Of a stretch of 64,000 nt of DNA, positions 35,123 to 42,699 are shown piece after piece. The position numbers and the translations under genes are program-made. Where the stretch lies: positions 4,569-68,568 of the forward strand of contig DASRAP010000433.1 of the NCBI GenBank assembly GCA_035638155.1, read 5' to 3'. Each line of letters starts with the position of its first letter. The first letter of the stretch is position 1. This DNA is from Gemmatimonadaceae bacterium (GTDB lineage: Bacteria > Gemmatimonadota > Gemmatimonadetes > Gemmatimonadales > Gemmatimonadaceae). Below the pieces are notes generated by a model. That model ran no database searches. It saw only the letters and a list, made by a program, of their open reading frames with translations, and was not told where the DNA came from.

Positions 35123-35599
35123 ATGGGCCGCCGCCTGAACCCAAACTGCACCGGATGCGGGATACCTCGCGTCAATGGCCCCGACTTCTACAAAGAGAAG
35201 AGCGGGAATCCGCGCCCACATTGCAAGCGCTGCATGGGCAAGTCGGCAGCTCGGTGGCGCGCTCGCAATCCAGACAAGCATCGGGTGATCTATCGCCGCT
35301 GCAATCATCGCGTGAATGTTCGCCAACGGTTTGGGTTGAGCGTCCAGCAATTCGGCGTATTGCTCGCATCATCGAACGGCAAATGCGCGATCTGCGCTCG
35401 CCCTGAGGGTCGCTCAGACCGACGGCGGCTTTCACTCGACCACGACTACACAACGGGAGCGCTTCGCGGCTTCCTCTGTTCGCACTGCAATCTTGCGATT
35501 GGCGTTTTTCACCACGACGTTGTCTGGTTGCAGCGCGCCATCGATTACCTTCGCAGCGGTGTCGATTTGCGTGATCTGCTGAAAGTTGGTGTCACATGA
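35123..35599 (+). CDS. Recombination endonuclease VII-family nuclease
   Basis: Internal ATG 35123 (MGRRLNPNCTGCG..). GKCAICARP..LSLDHDYTTGALRGFLCSHCNLAIG fits the Endo VII pattern. Confidence 0.7.
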   Translation: MGRRLNPNCTGCGIPRVNGPDFYKEKSGNPRPHCKRCMGKSAARWRARNPDKHRVIYRRCNHRVNVRQRFGLSVQQFGVLLASSNGKCAICARPEGRSDRRRLSLDHDYTTGALRGFLCSHCNLAIGVFHHDVVWLQRAIDYLRSGVDLRDLLKVGVT

Positions 35600-35808
35600 C
35601 CGAACCGAGCCCGACTCTGCTTCCGATTCCAATGCTGCTGTGGTGTCCCAAGTGCGGCGAGCGTCATATCGACGCTGGAGAATTCGCAACCCGGCATCAC
35701 TCGAGCCACGCATGTCAATTTTGCGGACTGGTTTGGCGGCCGGCGATCGTGCCCACGGTCGGTGTCGCGTTTCTACCGGGGTTCAAGGACAAAGCGGAGG
35801 CACCATGA
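35596..35808 (+). CDS. Zinc-ribbon small protein (70 aa)
   Basis: ATGA overlap. LLWCPKCGERHID..HACQFCGLVW. Confidence 0.6.
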   Translation: MTEPSPTLLPIPMLLWCPKCGERHIDAGEFATRHHSSHACQFCGLVWRPAIVPTVGVAFLPGFKDKAEAP

Positions 35809-36023
35809 GCGAATACCAAATCGTAGATGGCGTCGAGATTGCTCCCGAGAACGAGTGCATCGTTTGCGGGCTGAAGCGACAGGCGGACGTGCAGCGCTGG
35901 GGGATTTACCTTGCCGGATCGATTCCGCTTGGCGCGCTCGCTTGCTCGCCCCGCTGCGCCGCGCTCGCGGTCGATCGCATGAAGGAAACCGGGCGAGTCG
36001 ACGATCGGAACGAGGAGCATTGA
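35805..36023 (+). CDS. Small protein with CxxC (72 aa)
   Basis: ATGA overlap. MSEYQIVDGVEIAPENECIVCGLKRQ... Confidence 0.55.
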   Translation: MSEYQIVDGVEIAPENECIVCGLKRQADVQRWGIYLAGSIPLGALACSPRCAALAVDRMKETGRVDDRNEEH

Positions 36024-36025
36024 CC

Positions 36026-36376
36026 GTGCTGATCACCGAACATCTTCCGGACTGTCCGCTCGGCTCTGCACTCGGCCCGGTCGCGATTGAGTGCATACAC
36101 GGCTACGACGTTTGCCCGCAGTGCGATCCCTGCCGCTGCGACGGCACTACTAAGTACGCGATCGAAACATGGCAGACCGAGCGCGGCTGGTCCGCTCGCG
36201 AATCGTTCACGAGGCTCGAGGCAGTCGGCGGCTTGAGCGAACAGCACGCTTTCAACGAAGTCGCGGGCGCTCTGCTAATCGCTCTCGGCCATCGTCGACA
36301 CCCGCCGACTCGGATCGCGCTCGTTACCGTGCGGCTCGGTTCCGATCCCGAAAGCAACCAAACCAAGGAGCCATGA
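36026..36376 (+). CDS. Cys-containing protein (116 aa)
   Basis: GTG 36026 behind GAGGAG. VLITEHLPDCPLGS..CIHGYDVCPQCDPCRCDG. Confidence 0.55.
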   Translation: MLITEHLPDCPLGSALGPVAIECIHGYDVCPQCDPCRCDGTTKYAIETWQTERGWSARESFTRLEAVGGLSEQHAFNEVAGALLIALGHRRHPPTRIALVTVRLGSDPESNQTKEP

Positions 36377-36768
36377 TGCGCTTGACGATCAGAAAGAGCG
36401 ACTGGATCGACGATTGGTGGCTAATCGAACGCGCTGAGCATGATGGCCGTCAGTGGATGGAGAAAGTAGGCCCAAATGCGATGGGATGCGGCAGTTGTAA
36501 TTTTCCGCTTCGCACAAGCTCCCGGTTTTCGGACGCGGACGTCGAAGGATACGGCTCCGAGATGCTCTCTCTCGCGGCGGCGATCACCGAGCGCTCGAGC
36601 TTTCGCGCGAAACGCTGCGCCGTGGCAGTGAAGGGGCAGACCGCCGAGTTTTGGTCACCGCGCAATAGCCAGGAGCACGGCGTTGTGACCATCGAGGAGG
36701 CGGACGAGCTCGCCGCGCTGATTGTCGCCACCGTCCCCCAAAGCACCCAAACCCCGGAGCCGAAATGA
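36373..36768 (+). CDS. Hypothetical protein (131 aa)
   Basis: ATGA overlap. MMRLTIRKSDWIDDWWLIERAEHDG... Ends in IVATVPQSTQTPEPK (junction cassette). Confidence 0.6.
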   Translation: MMRLTIRKSDWIDDWWLIERAEHDGRQWMEKVGPNAMGCGSCNFPLRTSSRFSDADVEGYGSEMLSLAAAITERSSFRAKRCAVAVKGQTAEFWSPRNSQEHGVVTIEEADELAALIVATVPQSTQTPEPK

Positions 36769-36971
36769 TTTTGCTTTTCGAAGTTCCCTGCGATGTCGAT
36801 TTCCGTTTCTACGGCACCGTTGGCTCTCAGGCGACCGCGTGCAGCGAGGATCGGGACACGGTTGCAGTCGAATGTGATCCGGAGGATCGCCCCAAGGTGA
36901 TCGCTCTATTTCGTAAGCTTCTTTCGCTGCTGGAATCTGGTCGGCCCACTGATCCGGAGCCGAACAAATGA
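36765..36971 (+). CDS. Hypothetical protein (68 aa)
   Basis: ATGA overlaps at both ends. MILLFEVPCDVDFRFYGTVGS... Confidence 0.55.
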   Translation: MILLFEVPCDVDFRFYGTVGSQATACSEDRDTVAVECDPEDRPKVIALFRKLLSLLESGRPTDPEPNK

Positions 36972-37201
36972 GCACCGAGGGGCGCCTGGTGATCAAGGCC
37001 GTCATCACCATCTGTAACGGCTGCAAGCGCGAGATTACGTACTACCCGGATCCGCCGCTGGTTGGCGCCGAAGCGCTGATGGCTTGGACCAAGACGGAGC
37101 TCCGTCAGTGCAGTTGCGGGGCGGTCACGTGTGATTTGAAGATCCCGCTTCCGCCGGACTTCGAAACCGGGCTGACGAGTGCGCCGAAGGAGGAGCCATG
37201 A
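36968..37201 (+). CDS. Small CxxC..CxC protein (77 aa)
   Basis: ATGA overlaps. ITICNGCKREITYYPDPP..RQCSCGAVTCDL. Confidence 0.55.
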   Translation: MSTEGRLVIKAVITICNGCKREITYYPDPPLVGAEALMAWTKTELRQCSCGAVTCDLKIPLPPDFETGLTSAPKEEP

Positions 37202-37401
37202 AACAGCACACGCTTGTCGCACTGCTCCTGTCCGCCTGCGCCTCGAGCCAACAGCCCGAGGCTTGCCCCAAGTGCTACGCGATCGACGAAGTCGCGCCCT
37301 ACGACCCCCCGAACCGCGTCGTCATCCTGTGCGATCAACCGGACGCAGGAGCGCCCGTGGACGATCCCGACGCGGAGCCGACGGGACCGATTTCCTTCTG
37401 A
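37198..37401 (+). CDS. Small lipoprotein (67 aa)
   Basis: MKQHTLVALLLSAC signal with an LSAC lipobox. ATGA overlap. Confidence 0.6.
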   Translation: MKQHTLVALLLSACASSQQPEACPKCYAIDEVAPYDPPNRVVILCDQPDAGAPVDDPDAEPTGPISF

Positions 37402-37445
37402 TCAAACCCACGGAGAAAGCAGCCAATGCAAGTGAGAGAGATCAA

Positions 37446-37805
37446 ATGAGCACGGGGTGGTCGATGATCGCGCTTGCATCTGCGATGGGCCACGAAGGCG
37501 CGACGCAAGTACTCGAAGACCACGTCGAAGAGTGCTTCAAAAACTGGCAACCCGTGGACAGCCTAAAAGCGGAGAACCCAATGGACGAACCCATTCCCGA
37601 CCTTCTGATCAAAGTTGCCGATGTCCTCCACTTCCTCGGTCGCTACCGAGAAAGCAACGTGCTGATTCTGCTCTCGCGTTGGCTCCGAGCTCGCGGCATC
37701 GCTACGGACGAAACGCTTCAGCGCGCGGTGGAGGCGGCGGAGCGCGACATGCCGCCGTTCATTGTCGCCCCCCAAAGTATGGAAACCCCGGAGCGCAGCA
37801 AGTGA
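37446..37805 (+). CDS. Hypothetical protein (119 aa)
   Basis: Internal ATG 37446 (MSTGWSMIALASAMGHEGATQ..). Ends in FIVAPQSMETPERSK (junction cassette). Confidence 0.6.
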   Translation: MSTGWSMIALASAMGHEGATQVLEDHVEECFKNWQPVDSLKAENPMDEPIPDLLIKVADVLHFLGRYRESNVLILLSRWLRARGIATDETLQRAVEAAERDMPPFIVAPQSMETPERSK

Positions 37806-37927
37806 AGCCTGCGATCCACAAGGAGCGCATGGCTGAACTCCTGAATCTTTTTCGGCTTCTTCGGGACCTCCGCCGCGTCATCACGTCACTCATTTTCGCT
37901 CCTAGCCAATGGAAGCCGAGCAAATGA
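37802..37927 (+). CDS. Possible miniprotein (41 aa), not in ORF track
   Basis: GTGA overlap upstream and ATGA downstream. VKPAIHKERMAELLNLFRLLRDLRRVITSLIFAPSQWKPSK. Confidence 0.4.
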   Translation: MKPAIHKERMAELLNLFRLLRDLRRVITSLIFAPSQWKPSK

Positions 37928-38184
37928 GACCGCTCGCGATGGTGCAAACGGTCGAGCAAAACGTGCGCGTGGTGCTGGTTTGGAGCTCGACCAGAAACCG
38001 CTACGTGAAGAGCGATCGGAGCGTGCTCTTCGCGCGGTGCCCCGTGTGCAAATCCAAAAAGATGGAGCCCTGCGTCGGGCCGCGCGGCTACCACGGCACG
38101 ACACATTACAAGCGCCGCGCGAAGGCCAAGCGGTTCATTCGACGCGGCCCCCAAAGTCTCGAATCCCCGGAGCGCAGCAAATGA
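37924..38184 (+). CDS. Zinc-finger-like basic protein (86 aa)
   Basis: ATG 37924 (MRPLAMVQTVEQ..). ARCPVCKSKKMEPC. Ends in GPQSLESPERSK (junction cassette). Confidence 0.55.
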   Translation: MRPLAMVQTVEQNVRVVLVWSSTRNRYVKSDRSVLFARCPVCKSKKMEPCVGPRGYHGTTHYKRRAKAKRFIRRGPQSLESPERSK

Positions 38185-38198
38185 TTCTGGCAGACGCG

Positions 38199-38228
38199 GG
38201 TTTGCGGGTTCGATTCCCGTTCGTGGTG
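38199..38228 (+). other. tRNA 3'-half-like fragment (variable region + T-arm + acceptor 3' strand), candidate att core
   Basis: GCGGG-TTCGATT-CCCGT at 38204-38220 forms a canonical T-stem/T-loop, followed by a 7-nt acceptor-like TCGTGGT and G. No matching 5' acceptor, D-arm or anticodon arm lies upstream. Confidence 0.45.
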
Positions 38229-38380
38229 GGTCTTGACTGGTACCCATCGCTCCTTTCTCCCGCGAAGAGCGCGAAGTCGCGTGCTCTCGCATCCCGAGCG
38301 GTCTTTGCGCCCGCCGGTTCTTTCGCTGCCGAGCGCAATTTTCGTTACGTGGAAGCAAACTTTTGAGGAGCGGTGAGCCG

Positions 38381-38632
38381 ATGGCAGCACAAGACGACGC
38401 TGAGTTTTACAACGCCTCGCAGGAATCGCTGGAGAAGTTCCGCGAGGACTATCGCGAGCGCAAATCCGATCCGTTTCGGATGACGCTTGAGCAAGCGTAC
38501 GCCGCGGGTTTTTCGGCGGGGCATCGACACGGGCGAGCAACCATGGTCGGCGCGTTGATTCGGTTCGCTGAGATTCAGGAGAAGGGCGAGCCGGTCGTAG
38601 AGCCGGTCGTCCAGCAGGAGCCGGCACGCTGA
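38381..38632 (+). CDS. Hypothetical protein (83 aa)
   Basis: ATG 38381 behind TTTGAGGAGCGGTGAGCCG. MAAQDDAEFYNASQESLEKFREDY... Confidence 0.6.
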   Translation: MAAQDDAEFYNASQESLEKFREDYRERKSDPFRMTLEQAYAAGFSAGHRHGRATMVGALIRFAEIQEKGEPVVEPVVQQEPAR

Positions 38633-38645
38633 TGTATCCGCTTAC

Positions 38646-39005
38646 GTGTCAAAAGTGCGGCGTCGTCGACTGCAAGCGGCATCCGCTCCACATGATTTGG
38701 CTCCGGCTCCGGTGGCTTTTCTCGTGACCGTCACGAACGCCATGCGGGCCGATGCGGCTTTCGCTATCGAGCAGGGCTTGCGCGCGATCGCACGCTGTCC
38801 GACTCCGCTCCAAGTTTTCATCGATCACTTCGAGGGCTTGAAGCGCGCTTTCGCGGTCGAGCAGGGCGTGCGCGCCATTGCGCGCTATCGCATCCCGGTC
38901 TGCGGCGAGCACGGCTTCTACCGCTCTCGCTGCGAGCGGCTCGGTCTCTACCACGCCAACGGAAAAGTCACCCACGGGTGCATCAAAGAAAGAGGGACGT
39001 ACTGA
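38646..39005 (+). CDS. Hypothetical protein with internal 17-aa duplication (start uncertain)
   Basis: AFAIEQGLRAIARCPTP and AFAVEQGVRAIARYRIP form a tandem duplication. C-terminal CGEHGFYRSRCE..HGC. Confidence 0.5.
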   Translation: MSKVRRRRLQAASAPHDLAPAPVAFLVTVTNAMRADAAFAIEQGLRAIARCPTPLQVFIDHFEGLKRAFAVEQGVRAIARYRIPVCGEHGFYRSRCERLGLYHANGKVTHGCIKERGTY

Positions 39006-39385
39006 TGAGACCAAGTGAAGTGCTTCTGGACGGCGGTGGCTATCCGCTTCCCGACACGCTCGGCCGCGCCGACTTCGAAATGGCCGCCGGCATGATCGTG
39101 CTGGCGTGCGCGCTCTACGACGACAAGTGGCAGCCGGTCTCGGGGCCACAAATCGCCTACGCGCTCGAGCAAAACATCCGCGCCGGCCGCATGCCGTGGG
39201 TCGCGCTCCAGAAAAACCCCACGGTCGCGGCTCCGTCGTTCCAGGCGCTTGCCGATCGCGGCTACGCGCGCTTCACGAAGTCGGATCGCGAGCGGAGCCC
39301 GATCGAGCTCACCGACAAGGCGCTCGACTTGATTCGGGCCAAATGGTTTCGGCCGGGCGGCATCGCAGCGGTGGTGAAGTCGTGA
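39005..39385 (+). CDS. Hypothetical protein (126 aa)
   Basis: ATG 39005 in TGATG overlap. MRPSEVLLDGGGYPLPDTLG... Confidence 0.55.
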   Translation: MRPSEVLLDGGGYPLPDTLGRADFEMAAGMIVLACALYDDKWQPVSGPQIAYALEQNIRAGRMPWVALQKNPTVAAPSFQALADRGYARFTKSDRERSPIELTDKALDLIRAKWFRPGGIAAVVKS

Positions 39386-39612
39386 GCCAATCGGTAGCTG
39401 CCCACGTCATCACCATTCTCGTGCTCGAGAACGGTGCCGTAGAAGGCGATCTGGACGACGCCGTCTCGCTCTGGCCCGTCTGCGCGACGGAAGGCCAAGC
39501 GACCACCATCGACGGGCAAGCCCGCTCGATTTTGGATCAGGCGCTCAGGAGGATTCTGGTCGGGGACCTCGCCCCAGAAAGATTGCCGTCCCCGGAGCCC
39601 TCCGATGGATGA
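39382..39612 (+). CDS. Hypothetical protein (76 aa)
   Basis: GTGA overlap. VSQSVAAHVITILVLENGAVEG... Ends in LPSPEPSDG. Confidence 0.5.
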   Translation: MSQSVAAHVITILVLENGAVEGDLDDAVSLWPVCATEGQATTIDGQARSILDQALRRILVGDLAPERLPSPEPSDG

Positions 39613-40021
39613 GATCACTCGAGACCAGGCGCGCGGTTACATCATGCAGAACCTGCTCGAGATCGCGCACAGGGCGGCACTGACCGAGCTTTCGTGCGCT
39701 CGCGATTGTCTTGTCGAAGGAGAAGGCGAGCCGCTCGTGTTTCTCGTCGATGGCACGACTGCGGCCGTGGATACGTTTCGCGCCGAAGTCGCCGCATTTG
39801 CACCGAGCTTCGCTGAAGTGCAGGTCCGGCGCGCTCGGCCTGTTTGCTTCTGCGATGGCAACGGTTACGTCCCGTGCGACGAGTGCGAGGGCGAGGGCAT
39901 CGTCGGGCCCTTTTGTGGCGATGATCTCTGCACCGGCAACGAGTGCTTTCACGACATGCCGAAGCACGTGTGTGGCGTGTGCAAGGGCAGCGGGATCCTC
40001 CTCTGCCCAGCCCACGAGTAA
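39605..40021 (+). CDS. Protein with DnaJ-type CxxCxGxG zinc-finger repeats (138 aa)
   Basis: CDECEGEG and CGVCKGSG are exact CxxCxGxG motifs. Additional CFCDGNG and CTGNEC. Confidence 0.6.
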   Translation: MDEITRDQARGYIMQNLLEIAHRAALTELSCARDCLVEGEGEPLVFLVDGTTAAVDTFRAEVAAFAPSFAEVQVRRARPVCFCDGNGYVPCDECEGEGIVGPFCGDDLCTGNECFHDMPKHVCGVCKGSGILLCPAHE

Positions 40022-40054
40022 CGCGGTTTCCAAGCTTTGAGGAGCGGTGAGCAG

Positions 40055-40444
40055 ATGGACAAAACACCTACTGAGCTTTTCGCAGTCGTCTTTCCCGACG
40101 GCGGCTCGACGACGTTCAACAAGCTGAGCGAGGCCGAGCTTTACGCCGGCCGCGCGCGCGGAGCTTACGGGCCGCTCGTGATTGCGCGATTCGTGCTCGA
40201 TGGCGCCGTGCCGCCGAAAACCTACGAACCGCCGACGATACGCATTCTGTCGTGCCAGACGTGCAAACACGCCGAGCTCGATGACGATGGCGACCTCAAT
40301 TGCACAAAACTCGCACAGGACGACGCCGTGTTCCGGAACAGCGTTTTCATGGCGTACAACAGCGACGGACCGGCGGAAGCGGTCGCGGTCGGCGACGATT
40401 TCGGCTGCGTCCTTCACGAGCAGCGAGATCCCAATGAACGTTGA
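40055..40444 (+). CDS. Hypothetical protein (129 aa)
   Basis: ATG 40055 behind TTTGAGGAGCGGTGAGCAG. MDKTPTELFAVVFPDGGSTTF... Confidence 0.6.
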   Translation: MDKTPTELFAVVFPDGGSTTFNKLSEAELYAGRARGAYGPLVIARFVLDGAVPPKTYEPPTIRILSCQTCKHAELDDDGDLNCTKLAQDDAVFRNSVFMAYNSDGPAEAVAVGDDFGCVLHEQRDPNER

Positions 40445-40787
40445 AGGCTGGCAAGCCGGTTTATTCTTCGGGACGGCGTTCACGCTGGTCGCGGAGTTCG
40501 CGGTGCGCACCGTGCTCCACAAGGTTCGCCACCGCGGCCACGACCACTGCACCAACTGCCAAGGCTGCCTCCGCCCTGACGGCCGCGGCGAGGGCGCGCT
40601 CGAGACTCTCTTCGTCTGTCCGGTCTGCGGCGACACAGTCCCGGAATGGGCGCCACACGACCAGACGCACACGATTCCGATTGGAGAGGTCGTGTGCCAA
40701 TGCGGCGCCGCCTTCGGGCAACGCCTGCCGCTCGACTCCTGTCCGGTGCACGGTCCGGATAAGCAAAACTTTGAGGAGCGGAAATGA
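40434..40787 (+). CDS. TM + zinc-finger protein (117 aa)
   Basis: MNVEGWQAGLFFGTAFTLVAEFAV gives the TM. Followed by HCTNCQGC, CPVCGD and CQCG..CPVH. Confidence 0.55.
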   Translation: MNVEGWQAGLFFGTAFTLVAEFAVRTVLHKVRHRGHDHCTNCQGCLRPDGRGEGALETLFVCPVCGDTVPEWAPHDQTHTIPIGEVVCQCGAAFGQRLPLDSCPVHGPDKQNFEERK

Positions 40788-41083
40788 AGTCCTGCAAGTT
40801 TCGTTGGAAACGTCGTCGCCCCACATACGACTGGCAACCTCCGCGCCGAGGACGCTACGCGGAACTGGCCATTGCGGTCAGCAAGCGCTCGCCCGACCCT
40901 GCTACGTACATCACCAAACTTCCCCGCGGCTGTTCGCTACAGGATGCTTTGAGTGATTTCGCACGCTCCGAGTGGAACCGTCAGACGTTAAAAACCACCG
41001 CGACGCTTTATGTCGACGGGGAAATAGCTGCTGAGTCGGCGGTCACTTTTCGCGTGCGCGAGACGAGAGGCAGGGCGCAATGA
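40784..41083 (+). CDS. Hypothetical protein (99 aa)
   Basis: ATGA overlap behind TTTGAGGAGCGGAA. MKSCKFRWKRRRPTYDW... Confidence 0.55.
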   Translation: MKSCKFRWKRRRPTYDWQPPRRGRYAELAIAVSKRSPDPATYITKLPRGCSLQDALSDFARSEWNRQTLKTTATLYVDGEIAAESAVTFRVRETRGRAQ

Positions 41084-41520
41084 CATCCGAGTCTCGCGCC
41101 TGGGGCGTTTGGGGTGGGGTGCCGGGCGGCTGGTGCCACATTGGCGATCCGCACGATGACGACGGCTATCGCGGCTCGCGCGAAACGGCACTCGCTTTTC
41201 TCGAACGCTTTCGCCGCGAGTATCCGGAGCTCGACGCGCGCTCTCCGTACGAAGCGATGCTTTTCAATCCAGGCAAGGAGCCTCCGTTTGCTCGCCGTCG
41301 GTTGACTCCCGCGATGCTGGAATGTCTGAAGCAGATCGCCGCTCGGCGGCGGGCGGCCTGCGATCAGTCGCCGCAGTCGTGGGGCGGGTTTTCACGCGCA
41401 ACCTACAGCGCGCTTCTTTTGCACGGCTATGTGATGAACAGCGCATCGCGGCGGGTGGGACTCCGGATAACGCGTGCAGGACAGGCGGAGCTCGATGCTG
41501 CATTGGAGAAACGCCCATGA
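41080..41520 (+). CDS. Protein with winged-helix-like C-terminus (146 aa)
   Basis: ATGA overlap. LTPAMLECLKQIAARR..ATYSALLLHGYVMN..LRITRAGQAELD looks MarR-like. Confidence 0.5.
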   Translation: MTSESRAWGVWGGVPGGWCHIGDPHDDDGYRGSRETALAFLERFRREYPELDARSPYEAMLFNPGKEPPFARRRLTPAMLECLKQIAARRRAACDQSPQSWGGFSRATYSALLLHGYVMNSASRRVGLRITRAGQAELDAALEKRP

Positions 41521-41786
41521 GCGACGAGCATGAACGCCTCTTGCGTAAGGTGATGATCTGCAAGCCCGAGGATTACGAGCCCTGGGGCGAGCTCAAGCGA
41601 TGGGGCAAGCCCGACGATCGGCATGCGGACTGCTCGACGGGATGCAAATTCGCCCGGTGGCTCGAGGACGTGAAGATCGAGGGCGATCAGCACTATTTGT
41701 CGATGGACTGGTGCGTGTGCACGAATTCATTGGGCGCTACGGCCCGCCCGCGTCGGCCGTGTGGGAGCAAGAGCCATGAAGGTTGA
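41517..41786 (+). CDS. Hypothetical protein (89 aa)
   Basis: ATGA overlap. MSDEHERLLRKVMICKPEDYEPWG... Confidence 0.55.
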   Translation: MSDEHERLLRKVMICKPEDYEPWGELKRWGKPDDRHADCSTGCKFARWLEDVKIEGDQHYLSMDWCVCTNSLGATARPRRPCGSKSHEG

Positions 41787-42081
41787 TTTTTCTCATCTGG
41801 TCCGCGTGGTGTCCGGTCGCAAAGCCAGCGACGTCACCGCCCATCAAATGCGCAATCTGCTCGGCCTGATGATGCGGATCCACGGCATCTTTGGCGACAC
41901 GCCGGGGCAGTTCGCGTTCATTGCTGACATGCTGCAACAGTGCTCGGAGAGCGACGAGCAGCTTCGGGTGCTTTGCATGCGCCTCGCACGGTTGATCTGC
42001 GTGGTGCACGTGGACGCCATCGGGAAGTGTTTGGCTACGGACTACGGAATCGGGGACGACATTGAGCGCCCGTCAAATTAG
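41776..42081 (+). CDS. Hypothetical protein (101 aa)
   Basis: ATG 41776 (MKVDFSHLVRVVSGRKASDV..) behind GGGAGCAAGAG. Confidence 0.55.
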   Translation: MKVDFSHLVRVVSGRKASDVTAHQMRNLLGLMMRIHGIFGDTPGQFAFIADMLQQCSESDEQLRVLCMRLARLICVVHVDAIGKCLATDYGIGDDIERPSN

Positions 42082-42096
42082 TGGAACCACGAAACG

Positions 42097-42699
42097 ATGA
42101 GACAGCTCGACATCGATACTTTCGTAGCATGGAAGGATGCGCCCGCATGGGCGCCCTGGCGCCGCGTGCACAAGGGCGATGTCCGTTGCCGCGTGCTCGC
42201 GGACAAGCACTACACGCGGCAGAGCCCGGGGCATCCCATGTGGACGCGCCCCGGCTACAACTTCGTGCTCTACGCGAACGACCTCGTGGGCGACGCCGTT
42301 TTTTGCTGGTGGCGTCCGAAGTGGGAAGCTGGCCAAGAACGCAAGGACCGGCTCCACGTCATCGAATGCACGATCTTTCGCCGCGAGCAGTTGCCGTGGG
42401 TCGCCTCGGATCTGATTCGCGCGGCGGTCGCGGCGCTCGACACCCCCGAAGCGGCGGCGGATTTGCGCTACGCGAGCATGGGCCTCATCGATTGCTTGAT
42501 CACGGGCGTCGGCTCGAAAGCGACGGCACGGCTGCGCGGCAAGCGCAGCCTTCCCGGACACTGCTTTCGCCGCGCGGGCTGGCGCGAGCTCGCGAAGCGC
42601 GGTGGGCGCGCTGACGTTTGGCTTTGGTATCCAGCGCCGGCAGCGCTCTCGTTTCGCTGTCCCGCACCCGAATGCAACGAACAAGGAGAACCGCGGTGA
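42097..42699 (+). CDS. Hypothetical protein (200 aa)
   Basis: MRQLDIDTFVAWKDAPAW..HYTRQSPGHPMW..IECTIFRRE. No family recognised. Confidence 0.65.
   Translation: MRQLDIDTFVAWKDAPAWAPWRRVHKGDVRCRVLADKHYTRQSPGHPMWTRPGYNFVLYANDLVGDAVFCWWRPKWEAGQERKDRLHVIECTIFRREQLPWVASDLIRAAVAALDTPEAAADLRYASMGLIDCLITGVGSKATARLRGKRSLPGHCFRRAGWRELAKRGGRADVWLWYPAPAALSFRCPAPECNEQGEPR

Noticed and set aside
38150-38230. Complete tRNA gene around the perfect T-arm at 38204-38220
   Set aside because: I could not pair any 7-nt 5' acceptor strand, D-arm or anticodon stem in the 50-60 nt upstream. Only the 3' portion is tRNA-like. Reported as a fragment instead.
38181-38366. 61-aa ORF (MILADAGLRVRFPFVVGLDW..) ATGA-coupled to the previous gene
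   Set aside because: Third-codon positions are much less G/C-biased than in neighbouring genes, and the frame runs through the tRNA-like fragment. Probably non-coding.
38632-38727. 31-aa ORF MYPLTCQKCGVVDCKRHPLHMIWLRLRWLFS, TGATG-coupled to 38381..38632
   Set aside because: It overlaps the alternative start of 38646..39005 and has a low-complexity tail. I cannot decide between the two models, so the longer track ORF is kept with reduced confidence.
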